A DNA stretch of 64,000 bases, from positions 77,427 through 141,426 of the forward strand of contig NW_019217832.1 of the NCBI RefSeq assembly GCF_002571385.2, in the 5' to 3' direction. A program made the position numbers and the translations under genes. This document shows, in pieces, positions 24,235 through 36,500 of this stretch (the first letter of the stretch is position 1; each line of letters starts with the position of its first letter). The stretch comes from Stylophora pistillata. Taxonomy: Eukaryota. The notes below the pieces were generated by a model. The model was not told the origin of the DNA, did not search any database, and saw only the letters and a program-made list of their open reading frames with translations.

Positions 24235-24650
24235 TGGAAAGATGTTTTTCGTCCAGTCACGAGCATAGGACAAAGAAAAAATTCTGAGTCCCTATGAGGA
24301 ATTCGGATTTTCGCACTCCAGTGCTCTACCATCGAGCCACAGAGACTGATGAGCAACGCCCATTACAAAGTTCATATCTGACATGCATTCTTCATACTGA
24401 TAGGATTGGCAATGTTGAAAGCGTCATGTTTTTTGTAAAGAATAAGAAAGATGGTAAGTTTTGACCTTGGTAAAGAAATATACAAAGATGTTTTTCATCT
24501 GGTCAGAGTGTGGAAATCCAAAGGTCTGAGATTCAATTCCTCATGGGGACTCAATTTTTCTTTTGTCCCATGCTAGTGACTAGACAAAAACATCTTTCTA
24601 TTATATTTCTTTACTAAGCACAAAACTTACCATCTTTCTCATTCTTTACA
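24235..24650. mobile_element. Inverted pair of SINE-like repeat fragments
   Basis: gaaagatgtttttcgtccagtcacgagcataggacaaagaaaaattctgagtccc is inverted against gggactcaatttttcttttgtcccatgctagtgactagacaaaaacatctttc. Likewise aagaaagatggtaagtttt is inverted against aaaacttaccatctttct. Confidence 0.6.
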
Positions 24651-24883
24651 AAAAACCTTTAATGTGATAAGCTGAATTTTACATGCATTCTGATTGGTTC
24701 TTAAGATCTATTGGAGACAGACACATAGTTGACATCGCCATTAACAACAGTTTGCTTTTTCGTCATTCACAACAAATCAAATCCATCTTGTCTTGAGTGT
24801 TAAGAAATACCTCAAAGAGATCATCAAACTGTAGTAAGGGCTTCAGTGACACACTCAGCTCCACTTCACAAGCCACTTTTTTT

Positions 24884-25074
24884 GAACAAATGGTAAACAC
24901 CACAAGTGTACACCATTTAGTTATGGATGCACATGGGAGGTTGCTAAGCATGAAAGAAGTGTATGAGTTGCACGAGGCAATAACCAAGAGCAACTCTAGC
25001 CTCTCTAGTGCTTAGCAAACATCCCAAGTGCATCTATAACTCAATAGTGTACACTGTGGTGTTTACCATTTGTT
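24884..25074. mobile_element. ~190-bp palindromic fold-back (MITE-like) element
   Basis: aacaaatggtaaacaccacaagtgtacac...ttgctaagca is mirrored by tgcttagcaa...gtgtacactgtggtgtttaccatttgtt. Confidence 0.75.
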
Positions 25075-25497
25075 TTCTAACATAACATTGATACATTGTA
25101 GCAAAAGAGCCTTCTTTAATTTAACAAATCCAACATGATCAGAAAAAACAAGTGGGCGTGGAAAACTAGTCTTTACATTTGCTCATGTCAGCAGCATACA
25201 CCCATGGGCAAATGGTGGTCGCTGAATTGACCAATCAGAGTGTACACTTCACTTTGGTTATGTTATAATTGTTCTCATAACATGCTGATGTCATCTGTGA
25301 TCTGTTACTGAACAGACATGTGGCATCATCAAGTGTATTTGCTGAATTTGACATTGGCTCTTAACCAGTTAGCGCATAAGAAGTTCTACAGTTTTGTAAA
25401 AAATGATAAATGTCTATACTTCATAATTCCCTATCTAACAGAACTTGCTTTTAACACCTCTAACAAGAGTACGGCAACAAGTATATATACCTAACAC

Positions 25498-28400
25498 CTA
25501 ATATCCCTTTCGTCTGCCACGAGGTTTCCCTCTACTTCTCCCAGGTCTAACTTTGCCTTTCCTTTCGAGGAGTTCTCTCTTATCAAGACTAAACCATGGG
25601 ATCTCAAATTCCCTGTAGACAAAAAATTCATTCATCCTCTTCACTTCAATGTAAAACTTTTCACAATACTGCCTTACATAATTACTCATTTTTATCACTT
25701 CACTAGCAGCTTGTGCTGCACAAATTCTCTAAATCATACAGCTTTACCAATGATAGTATTACACAGGTCACCTACCTTTCTTGAAATAAGGGAACAGGAA
25801 ACCCAAAGGCTACTACGGGAACTGTGTCAGAAACTTCAACTGCCATCACTAGAGGTTGCAGAATAAAACAACTATTATTCTTAACCCCTAGAGTTGTTAG
25901 AGTGACCAGCATCTCACTTCTCCTTACAATATCACAACTGCATCAACAGAAAGGTCATGAAAATAAAGGAAACAATCCCCAAGTAAAGAAGCTTTTGACT
26001 GTTAAACAAATTCTACTTCTCAACACCTTTTAAAATGTATAGAGAACAGTATGGAGAATATGAATACTGAAAAGGTTTTAGAGAGAAAATGTTGGATTAG
26101 ACTCAGCCTTGGATATAATTCTGGTTTATCTCAGGCTTTTTTTTTTCTGTTGGCAAGCCCACATGAAAATACTCCCATCAAGAAAACTATGCAGGTTAAT
26201 ATCAAACCATGTTCTACTTCCATGAGCTCTTAAACTCCAAAGAGTGACCAAGACAGAACTTCTCCTTACAACATCAACACAATAGCAAGAAAACAGGAAA
26301 AATCTTAATCAAGGGAGGATTGTAGGTTGATCCAATACCAAACTCTCCAAACAAATCTCATGAAAATATAATGGCAGACAGTAACAAGAATTACCAAATG
26401 ATATCTTGGGAGTGAAAGAGTGAATTGTTTCATAATTTTCTACAAGGATGCTGGGGCAATTGATTGTTTTTATTTGTATATGATTACAACAAACATCCAA
26501 AGACAGGTATTGGCAGCCTCATACCATCTTCAGCAGGTGGAAGGAACGATTCAATATTTTTGCAGTCCTCATCTTTACATCCAGATCTTTTCCCTTTCAG
26601 TCGAGCTTCTTCTCGATCTCTATTTTTCTTTTCAAGATTTTGATGTGCTTGCATTGCACGCATGTGTTGAATATCCCATCTTAAATCATGAACAGACAAA
26701 TAGAATTTAATTCTCTAACATCAAGAATTATTTTTAATGTTGTGTTGTGGTAAAGGAAAATATCAACTCTTTGCGCTAGCATTTGAAATTTAACACTGCC
26801 AATTGAGGATTTTGTTGAATGATAAAATTACAAGTACAAAGAATCCCTGTTCACACGAAATCTTCTTACATTCAATTCCCCCTTCTCCCCAAACTTTTTT
26901 TGACTGATATAAATACCAGCAAGAAGGAGAAGATCATTTCAAATGCATTTAGCCATCACCTTTTCCTTCTCCTCTCCTCAAGTTCATGTTTCATATGCCT
27001 TTTTGTAAATACATCATCGTCAGTACTCTAAGAAGAAAAATAGATCAATAATTGACTAAGGTTAACAAAAGTGAACTTACCGAGAACATTGCTTACATTG
27101 AAAATGTGGAGAAAAACCTCTGGCCGGTAAACTAAATTCCGGCTGCACACTCATCTTTCTTTACAGTCGCCATCTGGTGACCTAAAGCCAGCAGCACACC
27201 TGGCGGTTTTATACATTGATCGCTGGGATCAGTGAAAATCACCAGGTGCACCTGGTGCAGCGATTACAATTTTCACAGATTATGGTTATATAAAATTGCC
27301 AATATATCTGACAAGCCAGATATCAACAATTCTATATGCTAATTGCAGTGATCAAATTCACTGCAATCCACAGATTAAATTTACATAAAAGAAATGGTCA
27401 CCAGAAATAGAATGACACACTATACTGCTGACCACAACACTTGCTTGCAATCATTTTTAGAGGTTCATATAAAATCTGAAGGCTAAAGACCCTAACCCCA
27501 AGGTGAAAAACAGACAAGAAATGAAAAATTGTGATTGACAAATATTATATCAGGTAAATATATTTTTTTGTATCTAGAACCTTCAGTAAGCATATAAGGC
27601 AAAGAAAACACAATAACATATTGGGGTTTGGATTAAAGTAGACAAAGGAAAATATCACTAAAATATAAAATACTCTATTAAATAGTAAATCTTAAACATG
27701 CCCAAAAAAATATTAATACACATGCAATAAATACCTCATTGTTCTCTGCTGATGATGAAGATCCTGCTGATTTTACTGATTTTGAATTCCCTGTTCTGAC
27801 TGCTGCAATTTCATTTATTTGCCAGGTAGGAACTGAAAACCAAAGATAGCATTCTTCACCAAAATGACCCTAAGGTACATCACATAGATAATGATCTGCC
27901 AGGCCTTGTGTTCAAAAGTACTTCTCTGAAAATTACCATTCAATATTATGTCCAAAAAAAAAAAAGGGAAGAACTTGAAGAAACCATAAGTAATAAAATT
28001 GTAATAAACTTTAATTTTTCACTTTATCAGTTGAAAAGGTGGTATCATAGTGGTGCAAAGTTCCTTGACCAATGACAGAGAATAGAAAAGCAAAACCACT
28101 GTAATCCTAGATTGATTTAATACTCTTTGACTGTTAAACAAATTCTCCTTATCGGCACCTTAGGAAATGTATAGAGAACAGTATAGAGAATATGCATACT
28201 GATGTTAGGGTGTAAAATGTTTATAACATCATTCAGGGAACAGGTGAAATAAGAGCCCAGAGCAAAATAAAGGTCCCAAACAAGATCCCCTTTTCTTTTT
28301 CCTGCTCTGCAGGAGCTTTCAGATTATAAAGTGCTGTAAACAGACTTAATCGAAAGTTCCTGGACTGTAATTGAATTCTGGATCAAATTTTTCGTTCTGG

Positions 28401-30699
28401 GTGCAAAAACAAGTTGTTACAGTTTACCTTGTACATGGTTTTGAATTCTATCAGAGGCTGAACTCTCAATAGCTTTGTATGGAAGATCCGCTGAGTAACC
28501 ATGCAGGTAAAGTTTTTCTGTTCTTATGTGTGTGTCATAGCTAAGGTCTTCGCACATATGAGAAGTCATGGTCACAGGTGCAGTGGCTGGGACCCGTTTG
28601 GCTCGCATCATTTGTTCTACTGACAAACGACGGCTAAAAGACACAACAAAACAAAAGCCACTTCAAAAAAATGATTAAGATTAAAATTTTATGTCTTCAC
28701 CAGCATGTTGATGTAGACCTGACTAAACCCTGAACATTTGATAGAAATCAGCATTACCCCTGTGACTTCTGATAGACTTCAGCTAGACTCTTCTTTCAAA
28801 TTGTCTTGTATTTGCACGTAAAACACAAGGAGAATTTGAAGTTGTATCAAGAGGCACTAAGGACTTCACTCTGGTACTCCTTCACATGAACTGATTCCAT
28901 CTCTAGAGAACTTACTTATTCTCTGCTGTTCCTTTATTCCTATATTTACAAGAACACTACACTAATTTTTGAGAGACATTACCATTTAGGAGTCACTTGC
29001 TTCACATCCTTTTCTTCCAGAGCTTCCTCATAACCTTCATTGACATCTCTCCTTTTCTTAACTGCCATTCTTCTCTCCAACCGATGCATGCGAGACTCCA
29101 GCTATAACACAGAACATTAACAACAAATGTAATAATCAAACCACAAAAATAAATGAATAACTAGCGAATGGTTTCAACCACAGGCTAATATTTGATTATA
29201 GTCGGATCATCAGGTGAGGGTAGTCTTGTGAATGACTGGTTGTCATTAGTAGCAACTGAAGTTTTGAAAACTCTGAGCAGAAGTCATCATCAGAGTTGAC
29301 TGTACTCTGATTACAACTTCCACCGAGGTTCTCAAATCATTAAGTTCCTAACCTCTGCCAAAAGTCATTTTCTACCCTAACTCATGATCAGCCTAAAAAA
29401 ATGAAAAACTCTTTGACCTGATAAAACATTAGCTGTCTCGTATGAGAATATAGCAGAGTGCATGTGTCATATTTTAAACTAATACTTGGTATAGAACACT
29501 TGGCACCTTATTTCTGTGTAATTTGGAAAGTATGCATTATAAACATGCCCTGCCATACAAACTAATGGGATTTGAGGAAAAACAGTCAAGAGTAAATCTT
29601 TTTATGATTGAAAGCAATTAACCTATATGGGGTTCTGTCCTCGTGTACTGGTTCACAAGAGCCGATACAAAAGACCAAACAATACACAGCAGCTAACCAA
29701 TTACTCCTAAACAAAGAAAGAACAATGGTAATTCCCTTGTGAACCAGTACACCAGGACAGAACCCTATATGGGTATTTTGTTTCTGGTATTATATCAACT
29801 AATAATCCCCTAGCTGACATTTTCCTTTCTTTCCTTGTCTGGTTGATATTATACTGATACTGAATAGTGAAATTCTGTCTACGTCACTCCTGAGAGTTAC
29901 AGAGTTGAAGGGACGCAAAATTAATGGAAAACTTGCATTGTTTGAAATTGAAATTTAAAAGATTCAGTGAGCAGGGAGTGATAATTCTACATATGTTCCC
30001 TAACTAGGACTGCTGAGAGGGCCATTCAGCCCAAAACAACATGAAAACGAAACGAATTGTTCACACAAAAAAATCAATTTAGAGATAATTAACATTTGCC
30101 ATGTGCCAACTTTCGAACGCAACGAATCAATTATTCCACGTGACCTGTTATGGGCGCCATGTTTGAATCTGCACGGAAGCCGCTGACCTCTCCAAAAATA
30201 AAATTTATGCAATTCTGTGTTTTTGCGAGCAAATAATTGAGACGATAAAACTAAAAATTATAAAAACATAACAACATAACTGAGCTTGTACCTGTTCCTT
30301 ATCCAATTTTAGTTGATTAATCTCTCGATCCTTCCTCTGCAATTCTTCTTGTTGCTGTTGAATAAGCTCCAAATGAAGTAACAAAAGCTGACGTAACTGA
30401 GTTACTTGACCAAAAGCGTCCGTTTTATGGTTGCTGCCGTCACAAGCCATTTCTGGCTCTGGAGGCTTATTTAAGGGCACATCAGTGCTGGGTTGAGGCT
30501 GTTCTTTCTGTGTATCACTACTACTGTTGCTATTTTTCACAGCCGTCGAAGATTTCGATCGCAAAACGCGGGTAAACTGGCGTTCCGCTCGTGAGCTGGC
30601 AGGACCGGCCGCCAACTTGTTTCCCAAAAAGGGCGCATCAGTTTTCGTTTGGTTTTGATCCATGTTTCCAGTGCAGGGTAAGTCCGTGGTCATAACCAT
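25498..30699 (-). CDS. MSL1: Male-specific lethal 1 homolog (MSL complex scaffold). Exons ~30699(or 30663)-30292, 29101-28983, 28633-28428, 27832-27735, 27027-26960, 26679-26525, 25848-25776, 25612-25498
   Basis: Coiled coil LRQLLLLHLELIQQQQEELQRKDREINQLKLDKEQLESRMHRLERRM (MSL2-binding/dimerisation region). PEHE domain VPTWQ...STDDDVFTKRHMKHELEERRRKRWDIQ...VPVVAFGFPVP...FEIPW. Junction phases are consistent; the start ATG is ambiguous. Confidence 0.92.
29200..29395. mobile_element. Third, highly degenerate copy of the Penelope/hammerhead-associated fold-back element
   Basis: caggtgagggtagtc...ctgagcagaagtcatcatcagagt matches blocks in 7294-7510 and 11251-11517. Confidence 0.5.
29621..29774. 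mobile_element. ~155-bp MITE-like hairpin with ~40-bp inverted arms in MSL1 intron 1
   Basis: acctatatggggttctgtcctcgtgtactggttcacaag against cttgtgaaccagtacaccaggacagaaccctatatgggt (3 mismatches). Confidence 0.75.
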
Positions 30700-30799
30700 T
30701 TGGCAGATTTTGGTCCACGTTCTCTCGAACACGGCTCTAAAACTGTTTCGTTTCATTCGGGTCAAGAGCAGCCATTACAGCCCTCTGGCAATCCATGTG

Positions 30800-31881
30800 A
30801 CAACAACATGGCGAATAAACACGAATGCGAGGCAGTCGATTCTCTCGAGAGTTACAGATGTCGTTTCCGGTATGACCTGCGGATATTGACGTCTGAAAAA
30901 TTTCTTCTTTTCCACCACTATTCAAGTATGAGCATGCAAAACTGTTGAGCAATAATACAACGTATGCTGCCCAAGCACATTTCGAATTCATTAGCTGACG
31001 AAAGCTATTTACGACAAAATGGCGCTATTTCCGGTAGGGAGGGCTGGGAACGGCTGGGAAAAGTGCCTTGCTTGCGTATTTCCGGTTAAAATTTTCACTT
31101 AAAAAACCCTCTTTGTTTAAATGATGGGGCAAACTTAAACCAAAGCAAGATCAGCTGGTATCTGAAATTTTCTTCGATTCCGATTTCTTTCCTTTTATTT
31201 TTTATCATTCTTATCAAAGAAACACCAAAACATGTTTCGTCATTTATTACTCATGTCATGTTTAGTTGTGAAACTTTTATCGTTTTTGATTCTAGAGGAA
31301 AATTTCACTTTTCCCTTATATTACATTCGAAGCAAGGAGAAACCTTATTTTTCATTCTGCTTTATTTGAATTCTGCGCGATTTCGGGGATAATGAAAATC
31401 TGCTCGCAGGCTGCTATGATTGACGCGCGAGACATGCGCGAAAACAGCCTTCACCTCATTGGCAGTAAAGACTTTTGGATGCGTGTGCGTCGTTTTATAT
31501 ATCCTCCGCGGCCCTCATCTTATGGGATAACAAGCGGTAAATTCCGAGAATTGTGAGATTCCGAGGCCCCTTCGAAAGATTCCGGGGCCCCTTCGAGAGA
31601 CTCCGAGACCCTTGTAAGCCCGGGATCAGCTTTGCCCGAGTTAACAACGTCCAAAGCTGCAAAAATAACTTGTCAGCGGCACCATATTTAACAACATGTT
31701 ATGACCTAGCGACACGCGCGTCCCATCAAGACTTGACGTACGTCTGCCCACTACCATTTTCCGTGTCCAGTTTTCCCGTTTGTTTCACAATCACTGTTAC
31801 ATTGGACTGTCGTTTTTGGAGTTAGAATTCTACTTTACACTTGCCAGTGCTGCATCGCTGGGTAAAAAGGGGAGAACTCAG
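30800..31881. promoter_or_regulatory. CpG-rich divergent promoter region between MSL1 (-) and the membrane-protein gene (+); probable non-coding first exon ending at donor 31881/31882
   Basis: Locally CpG-rich. YY1-like AAAATGGCG at ~31017; three 21-bp repeats at 31555-31615; CAG|GTAATT donor at 31881 and a polypyrimidine-CAG acceptor at 33515, upstream of ATG 33593. Confidence 0.45.
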
Positions 31882-32819
31882 GTAATTTTATATGTAACAT
31901 TTAAACAGAAACTCTTGGAAGACCCTTTGTTGATCAACATGATGCTTGTCGCAGGTCGATGCAGGTGTCATACAAAGAACGAGAAAAATGTCACGAAGGA
32001 AAAAAGAATGAGGATTAGAACATGTTATGAGGTACAGCACTTGCTATCTTGCTACAAATCGGCTGAAGATTTATTTCGAAAGAAGGAACTGAATCAAAGA
32101 TTTTCGTTTGGCACTGAAGCAAGGTTCGATCGATGCATGAATAGTCCTTGAGAATTTGATGTGGTAGACACTTCTGATTAGTCACGTAGTTATTCATACT
32201 TTGAAAGAAGTACGAAACAGAGCAACGTCTTAAGAGGTTTTAAGATCGTAGTCTGTGGTTAGATAGAAATAAGTGAGCTTTCAGTTAATTTGTCCCACAC
32301 CCCCAACAAAGATAATTTCACAGCAAGGCGCGGAAACCAAGTTCTTTTTCCCTTTAACTCCCAAGATCTGGTTGTTAATTCTCATCTCTAGCTGTTACAC
32401 ATTTCCTTGTAAGTATTTTAGGAGAATTTGGTGTTAGATGAAGATAACATTTTCCACCAGATAAGTTAAGAGTATTCTCATTACCTCTTTGCTGGATAAT
32501 GTATGGATATTTCAGAGAGAAGTTACACGTTAATTACTGCTTTGAGTTTAAGGGTTAATTCTTTGAGTTTGGTGTTTGATGTTACGCTTTTTCCAGTACT
32601 TCACACTACTAATGGTGCTTCTTGCCAGAAACACTCTAATTCTTACATTGTTATGTAATAAAGCAGAAAAATTAACACATTTACACCACTAACATTACAA
32701 AGCTTTTTTTGCTTCAAACATAATTATTAGCCAGCTTTGGTAAAACTTACAATATATCTTGAAAATAAGATTCTTTGTGACACTATAACTCTCCAATATT
32801 TTGATTTTTCAACACCCCT

Positions 32820-33272
32820 TAATAATAATAATAATTTGATATTTATATTGCACAAATTAAGATGTGGATATGATCAAATGCTCATCACAACACTTTTCGG
32901 GGGACTTTGGCTGGACTGCATCAGCAGTTTACAAACAATCGAAGGAAACTTATTTGAAGATGCCCCCCCCCCCCCGGCCCCCCAATTCCCAGTAAACAGG
33001 CCAGACCACATCACAGTAATCTCGTGAGTGAGTTCGTTAACGTCCCCTGCCTTAGAACCAAATTAACTAATTAATAGATGCAGGAGACAGGACCTACGGT
33101 TTATTCGTCCTTATCCGAGAAGACTAGAATGTCTATCCATTTCTTGATATTATAGAAAGGTAGTGCATTCTCCTTGGTTATTTTAAAACCTCGAGTGTTG
33201 GTCCGGCTGGGGCTTGAACCATCAACCTCAACCTCCCGCACAACAGTCCAGCGCTCTAACCAAATGAGCTAA
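32820..33272 (-). mobile_element. Near full-length tRNA-derived SINE with LINE-like 3' tail
   Basis: Minus strand: AGCTCATTTGGTTAGAGC...GGTTCAAGCCCC head, a body shared with 8795-9141, and a tail TTGTGATGAGCATTTGA...GTGCAATATAAAT followed by (TAT)n. Confidence 0.8.
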
Positions 33273-33592
33273 AATTTTTTGAAGTTATAGTTGAAGTTAA
33301 CATTGCCATATACAATAACTCGCCATGCAATAATTTCTGATTGTGCAGTGGTATTTTGGATATAAAAAAGGTGAACATAAACGAAAAGCTTAAAATTGGT
33401 CTTCATATTCTAAGAATCATTGTCAACCACAGCTAATAAACTTTCATCTAATCACAACTACAATTTCTAAGATTTCCTTTTGTACTGATGTGTGATCTTT
33501 CTTTTTTCATACCAGGGCCTCCATGATATTCAGTTACATTAAAAAATATTGACAACCATTTGAAAGCTGACAGTGGAATTTACTTCCTTGAG

Positions 33593-36500
33593 ATGTCGGA
33601 AATCGTGGACTGTATTGCTTTCATCGTTCAGAAAGTATGTTGGAGCCTCGGTGTTTGTGTGCTCTTTATTGCCAAACGTTTTGCAGATTTGTTTGGGTTA
33701 ATATTCAACATCCTTGCTTGTCTAACCATTGTGAGACTACCCTTTATGTTGATGCAGTTCTATCACATGGACTCAATGGCCGAATGGCGATATGTGGGCT
33801 TTGTCCACTTTTTGTTCTTTCTGGTAGACATACCATTTATTCTCATGTTCATGGTTATGGTCTTGTTTACTGGGGGATTAATTCTTATCCCACTTGTCCG
33901 TGAATTCAAGGCAGATGTTGAGTTTAAAGATCTCACAAGGAAAGAGTGGGGAATATATGGTCTGAAAGCATTTGAGCTCCATGCAATCATTGGAAAGAAT
34001 TTCTTTCGTCTCATCTGCGACATCTTGTGTGTTCCTTTGGCCATTATTTGTTTCTTCTCATGGAGATGTTGCATTTTTGTCAAAAAACTTCGAGAGAAGA
34101 ACTACAAGTGGAGAGACTTTGGATGGAGAAAAACTTGTATTAAACAATTTTTACAACTCTTGGTCGATATTCCTTGCATTTTGATGGGTATGCTGGTTAT
34201 GATGACATGGCGAGCCCCATTTTTAGTCAGAAATGTGAACGAGTGCCGGATAAGTGGTAAAATATGGAATCTATGGAGATTTAAGGTTTTTCCAGAATTT
34301 ATATTTATTTTTGTTGATTTTTTTTGCCTGTTGCTTTTTGTTTTAACCATAATAACATGGAGATTGCCTTTTTTGGTGCACAAGCTTTACCATGCAGAGA
34401 AAAAACAATGGGAGGTGCGAAAAATCATCGGTGAACAATTTCTGTTGATATTTGTTGATATTCCCTGCATTTTATGTGCCTTTACTGTGTTCATTACCTT
34501 ATGGAGAGTTCCCAACTTTATCAGAAACTGGGAAAGTGACCAATGGAAAACCAGGAAAAACTGTTTCTGTCAGATGGGATTGCTGCTTATCGACTTTGTC
34601 TGTATTCTGTTGTGTTTGGTTGTCATGGTAACCTTGTGGAGATTATACCCTTTAATTTGTGATGTCAAGAAGTATTATTTGAGGCCCCAGAGGGAACGAT
34701 CCTGGAAAATTCGAAAGTCCATTTGTAAGAATATTGCTTTCTTGCTGATAGATTTACCAGCCATATTTCTCTGTCTTATCATATTTGTTACAATTTTGCG
34801 GTTTCCTAAGTTACTGTCCAAGCTTATCCAGTCTGGTAATTTCTTCCTGGAGTTTGCAATGACAGTTTACTACGAGGCTGCCATGTTGGTTGTGGACATT
34901 TTCTTTGTCCTATTGTTTGTGGTTCTGTTCTGCCTCAGGCCCATCCAAAGCTGGGTCCATCTGCTGGAAGACGAGGAACATAAAAAAAATCGCATTCTGA
35001 AGCACTACATGCAGTGGGTACCTGATATCCTAGAGAAGCGCTTCCAGAATCGGAGAGAACTAGAAGGTATCTTTTCTACTTGTTTAAAGAATCGTTCACC
35101 TGAGGTAAAGCTCTGGAATAATCTTCGAACTGTCAATGGAGATTATTTGGAGGAATTGGAATGGATTCGAAACAAAGTGAGAAAATACGAACTCGATGAG
35201 GAATTCGGATATTTGATTGATATGGTCAAATGGTGGGAGAAAAAACGGATACACAAGCTGCTGCGCTTGTACAAATGTGAAATGAATTTTTTGCTCCGCC
35301 GCAATCTCTCCTCTCACAATAACAACCTGGCAAAATTTAGAAACGAGATGTTGCGATATGAGAGTCACGTGACCGAGCAGTATCGCGCCGTTGAAAAGTT
35401 CACCATTCCTAAAGTGCCGCTGTGGAGTGAGGAATGCGGGCTCAAGACGCGCACGCGCAGAGAGACTCAGCAAACTTTGATCGAATGTCTTCCCAGTGGA
35501 CAATTTTTCCTTTTGGTGCTTATACTGTTGAATTTAGCTCTGATTTACCGCGGGCCCGCCTTGTTGAGGAACCTCTGCCAGCGTTGGTATGACCGGAGGA
35601 ACGCAGTGTTGAATTCTTGTAAAGAATATTTTTGCGATCTCGTGACCATGTGTAGAATTGTGTTGGTCTTGATGTTCCTGTATCGAGCGCCTTTCCTGAT
35701 TACCGACATTACAAGAGACATTGTTTTCAAACACAGTTGGCGCGCTGTTCGTGAGACGGTCAAAAGATATCCAGCCATGATCTTAGAGGACCTCGTCCAG
35801 CTGATGCGTTTTTTTCTTAGCTGGGAGAGTGTGCGCTTCGTCTTCACTGCTTTTCTCTTTGGTCTCCTGATGCCTGCGGATTTAATTTTGACCATCATGA
35901 AGTTTTTGTTTTCGAAGGACTGCGCGTATTTCGTCACGGCTGTCTTGTATGTGATTTTCATGGCTTTTCCGTTCCTCATACCGTTTTACATCAGCCAGAG
36001 AATAGACTCTGACACATTGACAGTCGTAATCAGCGCATTCGCTGTGATTTTGTTGATGGTTTTGGTGATAATGGTTGTCCTTTTGCTCAAGCATAGAAAT
36101 CCATCCAACAGACAAATGCACGTTCAAGCAGACGCGCTTTTAATTGAACCAACGCCCTACGACTACGTACGATTTAACTGGACAAACATTCACGTGATCA
36201 TATTTGAAATCGTTGAGTTATTACAGCTGTTAGCGTTAGTGTTCGTGACAAGTGATCTACCGATGCCTGGCGCAGACACTCTTAGCACTGCTTCTCAATA
36301 TTTGCTTTTGAACTTCGCTTCTTTTAATGTGAAGCTGTGGCTGACTTTCTTTATATTCATAGTGTGGTTTTTCTGCTGCGGCGCGCCCGTAATCTTGGAG
36401 AGCGTTCTAGAGCATCTACCCAAGGGATCATGCGCAGGACACATGGGATGGACTTTGTTCTTGTCTCTTTTAGCCAACACCCTGTTTGTAACAATTGTGG

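Noticed and set aside
24345-24372. CTGATGA as a further hammerhead core
   Set aside because: No GAAA or stem II/I pairing at suitable spacing.
31555-31615. Three 21-bp direct repeats as a CRISPR-like array
   Set aside because: No unique spacers, no cas genes and a eukaryotic context; a simple minisatellite.
33560-33592. TTG start given in the ORF track, and read-through to the stop at 37750
   Set aside because: In a eukaryote the first in-frame ATG (33593) is preferred. The GTAAG donor at 37700 and the in-phase downstream exon explain the 3' end better.
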